From: Schizochytrium sp. TIO01
Taxonomy: Eukaryota; Protista; Bigyra: Labyrinthulomycetes
Direction: 5' to 3'
NCBI GenBank assembly: GCA_004764695.1
Contig: SMSO01000025.1
Coordinates: forward strand, 992,001-1,056,000
Length of the DNA: 64,000 nucleotides
The notes below the pieces were generated by a model. It searched no databases. It was not told where the DNA came from and saw only the letters and a list, made by a program, of their open reading frames with translations. A program made the position numbers and the translations under genes. This document shows positions 34,001-47,090 of this stretch, one piece after another (position 1 is the first letter of the stretch; the number at the start of each line of letters is the position of its first letter).

Positions 34001-35339
34001 GCGCTGAAGATCATCGTGCTTTTCGAGTTGCTCACCTTTGCATCATTCATTCATCATTCATTCCTTTTCTTTATTCTAAAATTAATTATACTAAAAATAG
34101 CAATTTATTTGTAATTAAAAAAGAAAAAAGAAAAAGTAAAAATCACACTAGAAACAAAAGAATAGAGTAAGAAGTCATCGCAGAGCCATGGAAAATACTT
34201 TATTGGTTTTTTATTTTTTTAAAAGAAGAAGAACAAAGCAAATTAATAAAATCCCACCCATTGATTCACTTTTGCAATCCTTCGATCGTTCTTCTCTTTC
34301 TGTCTCAACTGCTCCCCGTCAAACTTTAAAGCACTGTTCAAATCAACACAATGCAAGCAATGCCGAAGCACAACCAACAACATCATCATGCGAGGTGAGG
34401 TGAACCTGCCTCAGCTTCGAAGCAGCTCCAAACACTTTTCTCTCTAATAGTAGAAGAGCATCAGCGCCAATTACTTTCTTACTTTCTTACTTACTTTCTC
34501 ACTTACTCACTGATTCTGCGTGAGTGCTCCGCTTTTTCTTTTTCTTTCTCTCTCAGGCTGTCTCTTGCACTATTTAAAGAAGTAAGTAAGTAAGTCAGTG
34601 AGTGAGTGAATGAGTGAATGAGTGAATGAGTGAGTTCTCATTCTTTCTTCTTCGCATTCACGCAGACAAGCTTGGTTTATTTGCGCAGACAAGCAGCTTC
34701 TTACTCGACGATGCGGCCGGTTTCCAGAGCCGCGCAGCGCGAGAGGACTCTGAGGCCTACTCAGAACGGGTGGTATTCAAGCCAGAACCACCGAAGAGCG
34801 CTCGCAGCTTTGCCTATTTTATTTGATGGCTGCGAGGGCTGGAGGAGGTCCGTCCTCTCTTTTGCTTCGCTGCCTTGCTGGCTTTGCAGGAGTCAGTGGA
34901 AGACTATGACAGTATAGTACAAGAGGCTCTAGTAGCTGTCTTCACTCAATTCAAAGTAATGTATGTATGTGCCTCTAAAGTAGCACGTATGGGGAGAGCT
35001 CGAAAAGATGGCACAAGGTACATACATACCTGAGCCAAAGCCCAACCGACTTCGCTTGATAGTAGTAGCCCACCTAGGTACTAGTGCTTTATTTTCCTCA
35101 CTCTAACTATCATGTTACGTGGGTTGGGATACATATCGCTATCTAGCTAGAGACCATACTACTTTACAAGTTATTTCGAAGTTTCCAGCGCGGGTTCTTC
35201 TGGTATTCTGCCACAAATAGTTCAACACTATTAACTCTACTACATACTTCCGGTTATTCTTTAACATATATCTTTTATCCTCACCAGCGTTAACTTATGA
35301 AGAATTGGTAGCATGGATGATACAGAATTAAGCAAATAC

Positions 35340-36420
35340 ACGTACACACCTTTGCCCTACGATACTCTTTCCAACGAAGAGAGGGCTTCAGAGCGTTGGT
35401 GATATTTTTTTAACAAAACAAAATGCCAAAACTGTGACAAGTTTCCAAGTGATTGAAGCTCGCCACAAGCTATGGTCATCACTTCGTTAGGCATTAACTG
35501 CCTGAATATGTACTATCTGCCCGTATAGAAACGGGAAAGGAGTATTTGCTTTGATGCTTCACTTTTAAATTCTTTGTTCTGAAAGATAGATGGACAAGGG
35601 CTTACACATGTACTTTTCCAATTCGTGAGTTTTGGCTATCATGAATGGGGTGAATGAGCAGGGGTACAAAGAAAAGACAGATTGGGTCTATGGGTATGGT
35701 GATAAGGTGTGCTCACTGAAATTTCTTGTAAACAAACACAGGATCTTGACATGTTTGTTTTTGTACATTTCAGGAAGGACACCGTATCATGCAAATTGGA
35801 TCTCTATAAATAATAGGCATGCTACTATGCACACTGAGTCCAGAAAATGCAAAACTAAGTAGAGTACTTAAACCGTTGTTGCGTCACACGGATGCACTCG
35901 TGTACAGAATTTACCTCTATTGTCGATTTGTGATCATATGATTGGCAGGATATCATATGATTGGCAGGATAAGACCTCGTATTTAACTTAAGAACCCTTA
36001 TATCTTAAATCTGCTCCTTGTAGATGACATCCTGTGTATCATTCAGACGACAAAGTGGTTTCTGCCTCTTTCCATGGAGGGCTGCTCAGAACTTCACATG
36101 ATAGATAGCCGATGATTCTCTCTTTACGGACTTCCTGTTATTAGACCTTTCTCTAAAATAGCAAATGAGATTATTCAACGAGCCTGCTGTAAATGACGAG
36201 TCCATATCAACTGTTGACACTTGGATTCATAGGTGCCCGGGTCTTTTCTCATTATCGTTCGCACAATGGACTAAAAGGTACGGGCGTTTATTTTCAATTA
36301 TAAATGTCTCAAGTGAGACTTTCAGAAATCTGCTATAATCAAGTTTCACTTTTGATTTTGAAGAAGACTAGTAACAAGATTTATTTCTTGAGCCTTTGTG
36401 TTTCGAGAGAGGTTTTGCAA
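35340..36420 (+). pseudogene. Decayed LRR gene relic (typical-type)
   Basis: LPYDTLSN, VCSLKFLVNK, IADDSLFTDFLLLDLSLK* (~36105-36160), IINVSSETFRNLL* (36297-36338), SNKIYF/LEPLCFE. Also contains an exact 19-bp tandem duplication at 35933-35970. Confidence 0.4.
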
Positions 36421-37329
36421 TCTTCTAGTATCACTTGTGTCCCTTGTAGCTTCTTGCGTAGGTAGCCAGCTATCTCCTTACACTAACTATTTTAACTATT
36501 TGCCTGCTCTACGTTCCTTGAGTCTCCTTTTATTTATGTAGGGACTTACTCTGAGATCCTGGCTTTATGGTCTGTACCAAGAAGAAGATTCCCTACACAA
36601 TTGCTTGTCTATGGACGAGCAGTTCTTTCCTCAATTTCTCTATTTGCCATATTTCTGACCAAGCAAGTAAGCGGATTAGCGAGGAGCCTCGATTTCGGAG
36701 ATATGTTATCTTCTCACCTTCCTGTCTTCCACGTTCCTTCCTTCGAAGTCCTTCCTCTCTTTCATTGTACTCTTCCTTCCTCCTCGGAGACACAGATCTG
36801 TGAGCTGGTAGACATGTTATTATTCAATTGCCGCGAGAGGAAAGAGCGAACTGCCGGATTGCTGAATGGACACCCTAAAACAATCAGATTCAAATCTAGC
36901 AAGGGTCATGAAAAGACTCTCCTTTGCATGCTTCGTGCTCTTTCTACAAGCTCCAACACAATGATGTGAAGGCTTAAATTAGTTAAAGAAACCTGTTGGC
37001 CAAGTAGATGATGGTCGTTTCATTTCAAGAGTTGTTTTCCTCTTACTATGCGTTAGACTCTCTCTGTTCTCGAGAGCCACAGTTTCGGGCGTCTCAAGTG
37101 TATTATATTGATACTCTATGCTGAGGATGTTGTTTTCGCCACTGCCTTTCTTCTCAAGCTCTTCCAAAAAAAAAGCAGTAAGAACAGAATTGCTTTGTAC
37201 GTAACAATCGCAACCTTCTGTCACCGTAGAATGGTCTACCTGAGCAGAGCAGAGTAGCGCACCTATCTTCGAGGATAGCAAAGACGATGACCTATTTTTA
37301 CTTATTGTAAGACAGAGTAGTTTATATGT

Positions 37330-37560
37330 TGGTTTCTTTCCTTCATTCCTTAGTTCCTCTTCCTTCCTTCCTCCTTTCCTTCCTTCCTTCCTTCATTTCT
37401 GCTTTCTTTCAATCATTCTTTCCTCCCTTCCCCCTTCCTTCTTTCCTTCCTTCCTCCTTTGTTTGTTTATTTGTTTGTTTATTTGTTTATTTGTTTGTTT
37501 GTTTGTTTGTTTATTTGTTTGTTGTTTGTTTCTTTCCTTCTTTCCTTCTTTCCATCTTTT
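37330..37560 (+). repeat. Compound (TTCC)n/(TTTG)n/(TTTA)n microsatellite
   Basis: Direct tandem runs. Confidence 0.9.
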
Positions 37561-37788
37561 CTCGGAAGTAGCTCTGTGGCTTTAAACCGACTAATAAGAG
37601 TAAAGCTCACCACCGAGCAAGTTGAATCCAAGATTGTTCTGCCTTGGTGCTGCTTTCTTCCAGCACGCAATCAATCCCACTTGGGCGGTCCCATAAATAA
37701 CAAATAACCGATAGATATGTATGCATTTGGCAGCACACGGGTCTGATCTATTCAATAGCTTTTCACTAGATAGATAGTCCTCCCTCTC

Positions 37789-38776
37789 TTAGTTCAAGAT
37801 TGCGAAATCTTGGCTGAGCATTTCCGTCTTCTTCCTGCAACTGCGAGCGCGAGCACGCACCCCAAGCTGCTCCTCCATCGCGCGCCCTTCGAGCCTGGGA
37901 TACCAGGCAGCATCACTCCACAACAAGAGAGCCAAGTAGAGCTCCGTGTACCTGCTGTGCCGCTTCGAAACCAGAGGCAAAGAAACAAGCTCGGGTGGCT
38001 TGCTTATACATCCGTAGAGCTCTCGTGTAAGCGAGTGCAGCGATCTTAAGAGTCGCAGTCGAACTGCAGCAAAAGATCCCTTCTTCCCAATGGGTCCGAG
38101 AGTGGCTTGGGTAAACAAAAACTTTATGTGCGAGCTAATCATTAATCAAAAAGGGAAGAGCCTTAAAATGCATATAACTACGCTTGCCAGTTGTGCCAGT
38201 TGTGCCAGTAGGGTGACAACAATAACGAGAATAACCACCGCACCTGCGAAAGTTGTTTTTAATTTCGCTCACAGATGGTTCACGAAATGCAGCTTTCTCA
38301 AAGGCTTTTCAATCTCCACCTCTTCCACAGCTGATCTTGCAGGGATCACAATCTCAGATTCGTGGGATACAACCTATAAAATTGTATTTGAACGGAGGGT
38401 TGATTGCTCGATAGTCAATAAAACTGTTCCGTTCACAATCCCAGAGAGCAGTATGAGTTAGTTGCCTCTTGGACTATCTCTGAAAGGCCGCATGCTTATG
38501 TTGATTCCAATGAGACGGTCATTCGTTCGAGTCGCCCCCTTCGACTACCTCCATGCTCAAGAGGCGTGGCGACTCCTTCTCCAGCTTCGTTGTCGTGCTA
38601 GCTTTCCACAAATCGAAGGTGGCTCTTCTGTACTCTGACGGATGATGACCCAGGCGAGCTAGGAAATCAATCAATCGTCTACTTCGCTCTGCGTGTACAT
38701 GCGGATGAACCCCGAGTGAATAGAACGAAAGAAAGGAAGGAAGGAAGAAGGCGAGAGCCATCAACAAAGCAATCAA
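37789..38776 (-). pseudogene. Possible membrane-protein pseudogene
   Basis: One minus-strand frame runs ~220 codons with three internal stops and includes a TM-like segment, FAGAVVILVIVVTLLAQL. An upstream ORF fragment (38519-38776) lies in another frame. No family recognised. Confidence 0.25.
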
Positions 38777-41700
38777 TCAAACAAACCCCGCCAGCACCAA
38801 CAAACATGCAGGGAGTCAGCCTTTGCAGTCATCGTGGTCGATCGAGTCGCTCGTGGTATGATTGACATGCACACCCAAGAGCAAAGTGCTTGGCTACCTA
38901 GCTGCTACGTAGCTACCTAACTGACTCATAAGGGAGTAGTCTTTATTAGGCAGGAGGAGTGCGTTCTAGGTAGGCAGAGGCATCTGCTAACAATGTGTTT
39001 TTCGTGGCTCAGCTGCTGCGATCGCAAAAAGAGGAAGAGGCGGCAAGGAGGGAAGGAAGAAAACACGGTGACAATGTGATGAGGAGGCAGATTGGGAAGG
39101 GAGACAGACCACTCAAACAAACAAAAGAAAACCCAGAGCGAGCTTTGGGGAAATAGAAAGAAGAAAGGAAAGGAAAGCGTTGTTACGCCTGCTATTGGAA
39201 AATAAAGAACTTATCATTCCGCATCTTAGGTATTAAGAACTACTTTGACATCTTGAAGCTAGCTAGTTTTTATTTTATTTATCAAAATGCGTGCGTGAGT
39301 GAGGAAAGAGAGAAAGAACCTTGTGTCGAAAAAGCCGATGATGACTCGAGCAGGACACTCAGGGCCAGCTCCGCTCATACGTAGTACCTAGTAACGACTC
39401 TCGAACCCCTAGCTTTAGAGGCAACATGGGGTTTAGCTATACATGATAGCCTCAATAAAAATCCTGCAACACGGCTTCTTCAAGACTTTGCACGATCTGT
39501 GCATGAAGGTTGCCAAGCACCCACTAAAACTCAAAATTCTTTTTTCTATTCCACTTAAAAATAAAATAAAAATCATTTTAGTTTTATTTCAATTTCAAAG
39601 AAGTAGCTCTTACAAGCTCAAAAGACTGATTTTAAATAGATGTATAAAACAATAGTTGCAAAGTAGAATAGCATTTACTTATTTTTTATATTCTCAAAAT
39701 AATAAATATTCAAAAACAGTTTTTGAAATGTTAGCTTAGGAGTTGAGATATTGATTTCGTGAACTTTTAATTTGGATCGAAAATAAAAATAAAACTCATC
39801 CCAAACCATCCTCACCCCGATTGAACGATCCACTGTTGATTTATTGAAGTTTCCTTCAAGCCATTTGATATGATCGGGCGTTGATTGCTTGCATATTCGC
39901 AATCTTCTTTCATCCTTGACCATAATCTGCTCGAAGAGAAATTAGTTCATCAAGTTCAATGTGTAGAAAGTATTTGTCCTTCATGAGCTCAGGCAACTGT
40001 ATGTCTTAAGAAATGTAACTTTCCAAGGATCCAGTCTTGTGGAAATGAAAGCCTACGAAACATCCTTGAGCGCAAAGATACAATTCGAGTCCTCGATTCA
40101 AAGCGCATGAATAATATCTTCTATCTTGTAGAAGGAGAGATGTTTTCCTCAGATTTTGATATCCTCTGCCTTTGAAATTAGCAAAGGGGTCATGAACTAA
40201 AGGTCTGCCAAAAACACTCCTTCAAGAGGAGCCTGGAGAACAGACTGCCTCTGTCACTACGTTAAGCGCAGCGTCACTATCAAGCGCGCCTTAATCCAGG
40301 GTTCAAAGCTCCAGATTTCAAAGGGGCTCTCTCCGCTCTTGATCCTCGCGCAATCACCAGCGCACCCACCTGTCACTGCTTGAAGAGAAGAACGGTACTA
40401 GTCAAAGCATTCACCTCTGTGGCCCTTCTGCCTCTACTTCACATGCCACTGCCACAGAACCACTCAGTCGAGTGCTCGGAACTTTTCTGAGCAAACCACT
40501 TATGTTAGGCAGGTTACCAACTTGATTATGCAAGTTTGGTTTTTTCCCTTTTCCCTGATCACACTGTAATGCCTGAGAGGTATATCTCTCTAGTGGTATC
40601 TGGGGGGACACTGCTATTTTTTCTTCAAAAACTTTCCACTAGGAAGCACCACCAAGGGAAAAACCGAAGCCTTTTACCCCCACCTCATTGCATTTCTCAT
40701 TTTTGCCAATTATTGGCATTATTTTATTTATTATTTGAAATAAGAAACCAATGGTATATATATTTTTAAATTTTTAAAAAATATTCTTAAATATCGTTAA
40801 ATGTTTTGTAAACTAGAATTACATTTTTAATTTTTAAAACTATACAAACATAATAACAATCTCCCATTCTTTAATAAATACATATACTACTTTTTACATT
40901 AAAGTAAGAACCCTTTTCTCAAAAAGCAATAAATGAAACCAAAAAAAGAAACGAAGTTACTAGTGTTGACTTATTTCTCAACACTCACACCAATAATAAT
41001 GAGGTTGATTGTTTTAGTTTGAGTTCTTACACTAAACAGTTTTCACTCATCAGCTCGAATTAGTCAGAGCGCGCTCATGCTTGTTGCGAGGCTTCTCCTT
41101 GCCTACTTAGTATACCTATCTTGCTATTTATCTCGCTAGCCAGCTATTTAGCCATAGGGCAAAAAGGCGACGCTTGGATGATGGCGAAGGTAAGTGGGCA
41201 AAGCTGTCGTTGGCGCTGACAGCAGAAGGATCGATGCGTCAAAGCAGAAGGGTCTCCCATGCCTCGCGAAGGAAAGCGGAGCCAGGCGGCTTTGTAGTCA
41301 AAAGCCTATCAGGTATCTACGCTAGCGTGTGGAAACGCAGCATCGGCTAGAAATCTCCACAAGCGAAAGAAATGAGTAGTTTATCCCTAGGGTCGCTGCT
41401 AGGCAATACTCTGCCAAGAGCAAAGTGAATCCACGTGTCGAGATGTCGCTGCCCGAGAAACCTTGGCCTAGAGTTTCCTTTGGCGAGTAGATAGCACAGT
41501 GCGATTAGTATTTGCAGCGGTTGCCATCAATCAATCATGGGAAAGGAAGAGCTGAAGCGGCTGAATGATTCATCCAATGACGAGCAGGAAACAGCTTGGC
41601 GCTGCAATCGGTATCTACAAAGTAGGCCAAAGACCAAAAGCTTCACGGAAAAGATGGTCAATGAAAGGAAGAAGGAGACAAATTTTGTCCATCTTTGAAT

Positions 41701-42720
41701 TTCATATCCATGAGACAGCGCCGAGGCTTGGCTCGTAGCACCTTTTTTCGTCTTGTTCCTTTACATTTTCGATACAAATTTAAAATAGAATCGTAGACAG
41801 ACACTAAAAACCATATTTCGTCATAATACAACCAACTACGTGTGTTTAAATTAAAACTTTTATATAATCATTCTACTCTATCTTTATTCTTTTTGTTTTG
41901 TTTTCGCTGATGTTGTATCTTTATTTAAAAAAAAAAAAAAACTCTTAGAAAAAACTTTAAAGTGGAGAAAAAGTGTCTTCAAATAAGAGAAACACAGCTC
42001 AAGCTGCTTTTGTGCGAAAAGATCATGATCTTTCATTCTGGAAGTACGACATTTCTAGGAATGTTGTGGAAAGATTGGAAAACTGCGATAAAACAAAAAT
42101 CTCAACGAATGTAGGTCTATTATGCCGCTGGAAAGCATGGAATTACAATCATCAGAGCGTGCACAATGATTCAGACAGGCAGGCCTCGGACCTGCGACTA
42201 TCGCTGGCGCCCGAACGGCGATCAGCGCGACGATCAGCCGAGCAAGATGCGCCTTGCCTTGAAGCAGCCCTGCTCAAGAAGCGCCTGTGAGTGCAGAAAC
42301 AGCAGCAACTAGGCTTGGCTGGCCAGGTGAAGTCAGCGAGGTGGCCGGTGTTAGTGAGACGCAAGGTGTCTGTCTTAATTAGATAGAGCACGGCAAGGGG
42401 CAGAAAACTCCCTCGCGAGACCAGGTCTCACTAATTGAACGATGCAACCTAAGCGCACAGTGGGGAGCAACAACAAAGCAACAGAATAGCAGTCGGGTCT
42501 TGTCTCTGCTTTACTTTCACCAAGTCGGCTCGGCTCGTCGCAGCAAAGGCCTTGCATGCCACGCACGAGTGTAAGGTCCGCAGAAGAAACCAACCCATGC
42601 GGACAGAGGTTTCCAGGTGTTTTCAGACGTTGCGCTACCTCGCCTTCTCGCTGCTGCTCACCTCTATCTACATCTCTCTCTTTTGATGACAGCGAGTGAT
42701 TTTATTTACTTTCATGGTAT

Positions 42721-43390
42721 CTAGCTAGCTAGGTACCCAAAGCAGGGATCGTTTCTTCTGTGGGCAGGGCTAAATAAATAACGTGAACTGTTTAGAACCT
42801 CTTGCGCGACGTCGTAGCGCTCTCCTCGTGATGCAACAGCAAGCTTCGACAGTATCAGTTCGTTATTCGTCGTCACTGCTTTATTGGCCTTGCAGAGGTA
42901 ACAAACGTCTGTGCACCAAATCTTGTGCAATGTCGCACCTTTCTCTATTATATCCTCGATCGAACTAACTTTGCTCTCCGAATCGATCGAGAGGAGCAAA
43001 AAGCTAAAATCTAGGCCCAGTGCAGTTAAAGTTTGCTCATGCTGTTGATGATTCTAATTGTTTGAGCTGATTATTTTCGCTAAAGTCCAGCAGCTTTCCT
43101 GCAAGCTCGCCGCAGAGCACCGCCACGACGATGCAACGTGGCCTCTTCGGCTTTGGCCTTTCAGGGTTGAAATCCCTTCGCAACATTAAATGAAACTTCA
43201 AACCTCTTTCTACATCAGATGCACGGCAAGATGCCTGCTCTTGGCAGGATCAATCTCTCTGGTACGAGTCGGAATGGTGTTTTCCATCATCGATTCGTGT
43301 CGCGCCCATGGTTCTACAAACTACGGGTGCTCTTTCGTGAGCATATTGAAAAGCCCGAGCATAGTAGCCAGCGCTGCGGAGAGGATGTGA
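42721..43390 (-). pseudogene. Decayed RI/NLRC3-like LRR relic
   Basis: SAALATMLGLFNMLTK, MMENT...REIDPAKSRHLAVHL, SENNQLKQL, IEDIIEKGAT and AVTTNNELILSKL resemble the RI-type GAxxLAxxLxxNxxLxxLxL repeat. Confidence 0.4.
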
Positions 43391-43744
43391 TGCCAACAGA
43401 AAGCGCGCAGACTCGGAGAGGGTCTCAGTGTTGCGCCTGCGGAGTCTGAGGCATTCATTCTATTCTAACATATTGATTGTCCTTCTGTCTTATTTATTAC
43501 CAACTTGAAGGAGGGAGCAGAGGCAAGCTTGCCAGTTTCCAATCTTGCTTGCCCTTGCAAGCACTACCAGAAGCAAGGGAAAAATCCGAGCGAGCAGGAA
43601 GTCTGCGGCAGCTCCGCGGTAGAAAACGAGGAGCTGCCGGAGGCGGTCTGTTGTCTGCTGCTGCACCCATGATGATAAGGACTCGAGGGCCAAAACTACG
43701 ACTCGACGAGCGACAGCGCAAAGTCATCTTCTCAAGTCCCAGCT

Positions 43745-43780
<36 letters not shown>

Positions 43781-44149
43781 TTTGCTTTTTTTCTTTTTGC
43801 CTCTCACGCTTTTATTGAACCAAAGCGAAAATAAGCGTGCATCAGCAGATATGAGCACGTAATCATGGAAGCTTGTCGAAAAGATCGACTGGTCGATCCG
43901 TAGCAGTGCAGAAGAATGTGATGTAGACAACTCCTTCATTTTTATACATTCATCTGTGCTGTTTGTATCTTGAATGTCGCGAATAGAGATTACCCTTACT
44001 AGCTAGAGGGAAGAGTGGGAGCGAAGTTTCAAAGGCGTTCGTTCGTTCGTTCCAGTACTTGCCAGCTCGCTCTAGACAACACGTGCTCAAGCCCTCGGCT
44101 CTGCGCTTTACTGCGCTAGCTCAAGGCCACGTGACTTCAAGAGAAAAAG

Positions 44150-44359
44150 GTGTTTCAACGAGGTCTAGGACTTAAACAAGCTGTCTTGCCGTGGCGAGCG
44201 CACAACATCGGCAGACATCACGCTACGGCCCCAGATGAACTAAGCCGCGTGCTTCGAGTTTCTCATTATCTTTGGGGCAAAATAAACCTGAAATTGGATC
44301 ATCGCCACAGAAACCTCCAAAAACTAGTCAACGAAACACATCAGACGCCACCAATGTGA
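44150..44359 (+). pseudogene. Possible RI-like LRR fragment
   Basis: AHNIGRHHATA...LSRVLRVSHYLWGKINL resembles NxIGxxxAxxLxxxLxxNxxL. Confidence 0.25.
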
Positions 44360-45599
44360 CCTTCAAGTTGAGCAAGTTTTTCATCTCTTGTGTATGGACT
44401 TCACTTTAAAACATTTTTGTTTTTAAATTGAATATATATTTTTATTGATAGTCTTTTCTGAAGATAGAGTTTTCATCTTTTATCAGGAAAATCTCCTGCA
44501 ATCTATATTTATAAATCTATATTTATAGAGAGAGAGATTATATTTTTTTCTTCTCTCTTTATGTTTAGCTAGAAACATAAAATAAAAACTCATCTAAAGC
44601 ACTGCTCGGTGGAAAAGAAAGAAACTTTCTTCTTACTCATCGTCATAGTTTTTATTTCAAAAATGTTATTAGTTAAGAATAAAAATAACTTCAAACCATA
44701 AATGATATTCTGCGGGCAAAATGTGCTAAAGTGAAACTTTATTTTCCTTTTCCTGAAACCACAACTGCGCTACTTCCAGTAGTCTATGAGTGGTCAAAAC
44801 TTTCACGACAAATGTGTCAAATTCTTCCCGTGCCTCAGGCTCTGGTTACAGTGATTGAGAACGAGACATGGCACTCATCCTAAGAGGCGTGCCAATTACA
44901 GCGTTCGAGCAAAGCAATATTGCCTTATTCGGAGTCACGAGGAGTCAACTGAGGTAGTAGGCTGCAGAATACCAAGACCTCTGACGGAACCATCCCTTGT
45001 ATTCTGCTTGTGAGCCTTGGCTTGCAGAGAACGAGTGAAATCTTTCTACAACAACGAGAATGTTTATGCTTTTCTTCTTACAAAACGGGTCACTGACACT
45101 TATGTTTTATGAAATTCAACAACTAAATTCTCTCCCAATTTTCATTTTCTTCTTACAAGCGCTAAGTAACATATGACAATTTTCGATTAGAAAATATTTT
45201 TTTACATTACAAAACATGACAATATAATCAATATAAATGAAAAACCACACTCGAATCCCGCTAACTTTTTATTTCATTAATTATTTCTTTAGAATTTAAT
45301 TTTTAAAAACAGCTAACAGAAACTAGTCAGCGCAAGCAGTTGCCAGAAGCACGCAACCTTTCTCCCACTTTCACACCCGACAATTCTCTCATGGACCGCC
45401 AGCCACTCAAACAGCAGAAGTTTTCCACGAAAAGTCCATTCTTTAGGCAGATTTCTTCCTCGTTCAACGTCTGCAAAGTCTTTGAGGCAGCACACGAGAT
45501 GAGACAGACAGGTACATCTAGCTAGCTAGCTCTCTATAGTCTGCAGCTCGTGTTCCCGAAGACTGAAGGCAGAAAGATGCAGGCGAAGTTGATTTTACG

Positions 45600-45866
45600 A
45601 AGGCAGGCGACGTTGTCTGCTCACTGTAACTGCTCTCGCTGATGCGAGAGGGAACACAGGACCTACCTGCGTCTCTAAATCCATTTGGCCATCGTCGATC
45701 CTTTGAAAACCAGGAGCAACCGAGGACCAAAACGGCCCCTGCTCGGATTTTGAACCCTCCTCGTGCACTGGAGTCGATGTATGGATGGATCAAACAGCCA
45801 ATCATAGAGAAGGATGGCAAGGTCCAGTTGAAGTCGCATGTGTGTGTCATACTTTTAATACTTTGA
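45600..45866 (+). pseudogene. Possible RI-like LRR fragment
   Basis: VTALADARGNT, LNPFG and ALESMYGWIKQPIIEKDGKVQL across a frameshift. Confidence 0.25.
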
Positions 45867-46559
45867 AGAAGAGGAAGTGGTCATCGTCTACTCACTCATA
45901 CCAGCAGCAACAAAAAACAACAACAAAAAACTGGAGATACCCGATACAACGGTAGTTCAACTAAATAGTATCTCAAAAAAGTACCTTCTTCCTACCAAAC
46001 AAGAACCATCATTCGTGAGGTGTTGTGTAGGCTTATGCGCTACTACTGTCGAATGCCTTCCTTGCTTTCCCGAAATTCACTCTAATAGGCGCGTACCTGC
46101 AGTTACAGTTAGTTGACTAATTGTGGATGGATCAATGAAGAAGGAAACAGACAGAATAACAAAAACGCCAAGGCAAGCGGCCGCTGCAAGTTACGAGATG
46201 AGAGGTCGTACCTACCTATCCTGGAATAGCACATTGGCAGGAGAGCCGAAGCTAGTTGGGCCTTAGTTTGCTGAGAGCCTGCATCACCCCACACGCACGG
46301 AAGCGCCGAGCAGGAGCTACAGCGCTGGTAATTCATGAGCGACGATTCGTCGTTTATAGCACAGCTGAGTTGCTTGCTAGTTTGGATGGATGGAGGTCTT
46401 CGGGACAGGCAGAAGCGGCCCTCTGCCATTTCATGAAATCTGAAAAACGAGACGCCAAGAAAGGATTGTCTTCCTCTGATGAGATTTACCCAGTATAAAG
46501 ATCCAGTGAATCAACCTTGCTCACGGCCGAGCGTGATCGTGAAATGATCGTGTCAAGGT

Positions 46560-47090
46560 GCTTGTGCTACGAGGCCCTTAAGGGGCGTTGCGAGTCTCGA
46601 TTGATAAAATGTCTTCGTGGGCACAATTTGGCAAGCAAGGCAAGGCCAGAGAAGCCGAGATGCTAGCAGGAGAGATTCAGGGTAGGTCCATGATGGTTTA
46701 TGAGCAGGACAGAAAGAAGTGTCCCTGAGTAGGGGAACAATGCACGGAAATGTGAGTGGCTTCTCTGCATGGAGTCTGAGCACTCGTATCTCTCTACAGG
46801 CGAGCTTATGTTATGCCTGCAATTCGGGTAGATTGCAACGCTCGTCTCAAAATTGACTCCATCATTCAAGCGGCGATTCAAAGTAGAGCACGAGTAAAGA
46901 TAGACCTCATGTGAAACCACATCGGTGAGCCAATCGGGATGGAGCCAGTGAATGTTTGCTTGAGCTGCCAAGAATCGACAACGATCGTGACCTGCTCCGT
47001 TCCCGCACAACTGCGCGGTGGCCACAAATGCCATTGGCCAAAACCCAAGCAAACAAGGCTCAGCAGAGCAGTACCCATCGTATCCAATAG
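46560..47090 (-). pseudogene. Decayed RI/NLRC3-like LRR relic
   Basis: QLCGNGAGHDRCRFLAA, HEVYLYSC and TLNLSC*HLGFSGLALLAK. The TAG at 46663-46665 falls at the conserved Asn position of LxLxxNxLGxxG. Confidence 0.5.

Noticed and set aside
39675-40380. Possible pseudogene on the minus strand (IEDIIHAL*IEDSNC...)
   Set aside because: Coding-like, but the fragments are too weak to assign to any family.
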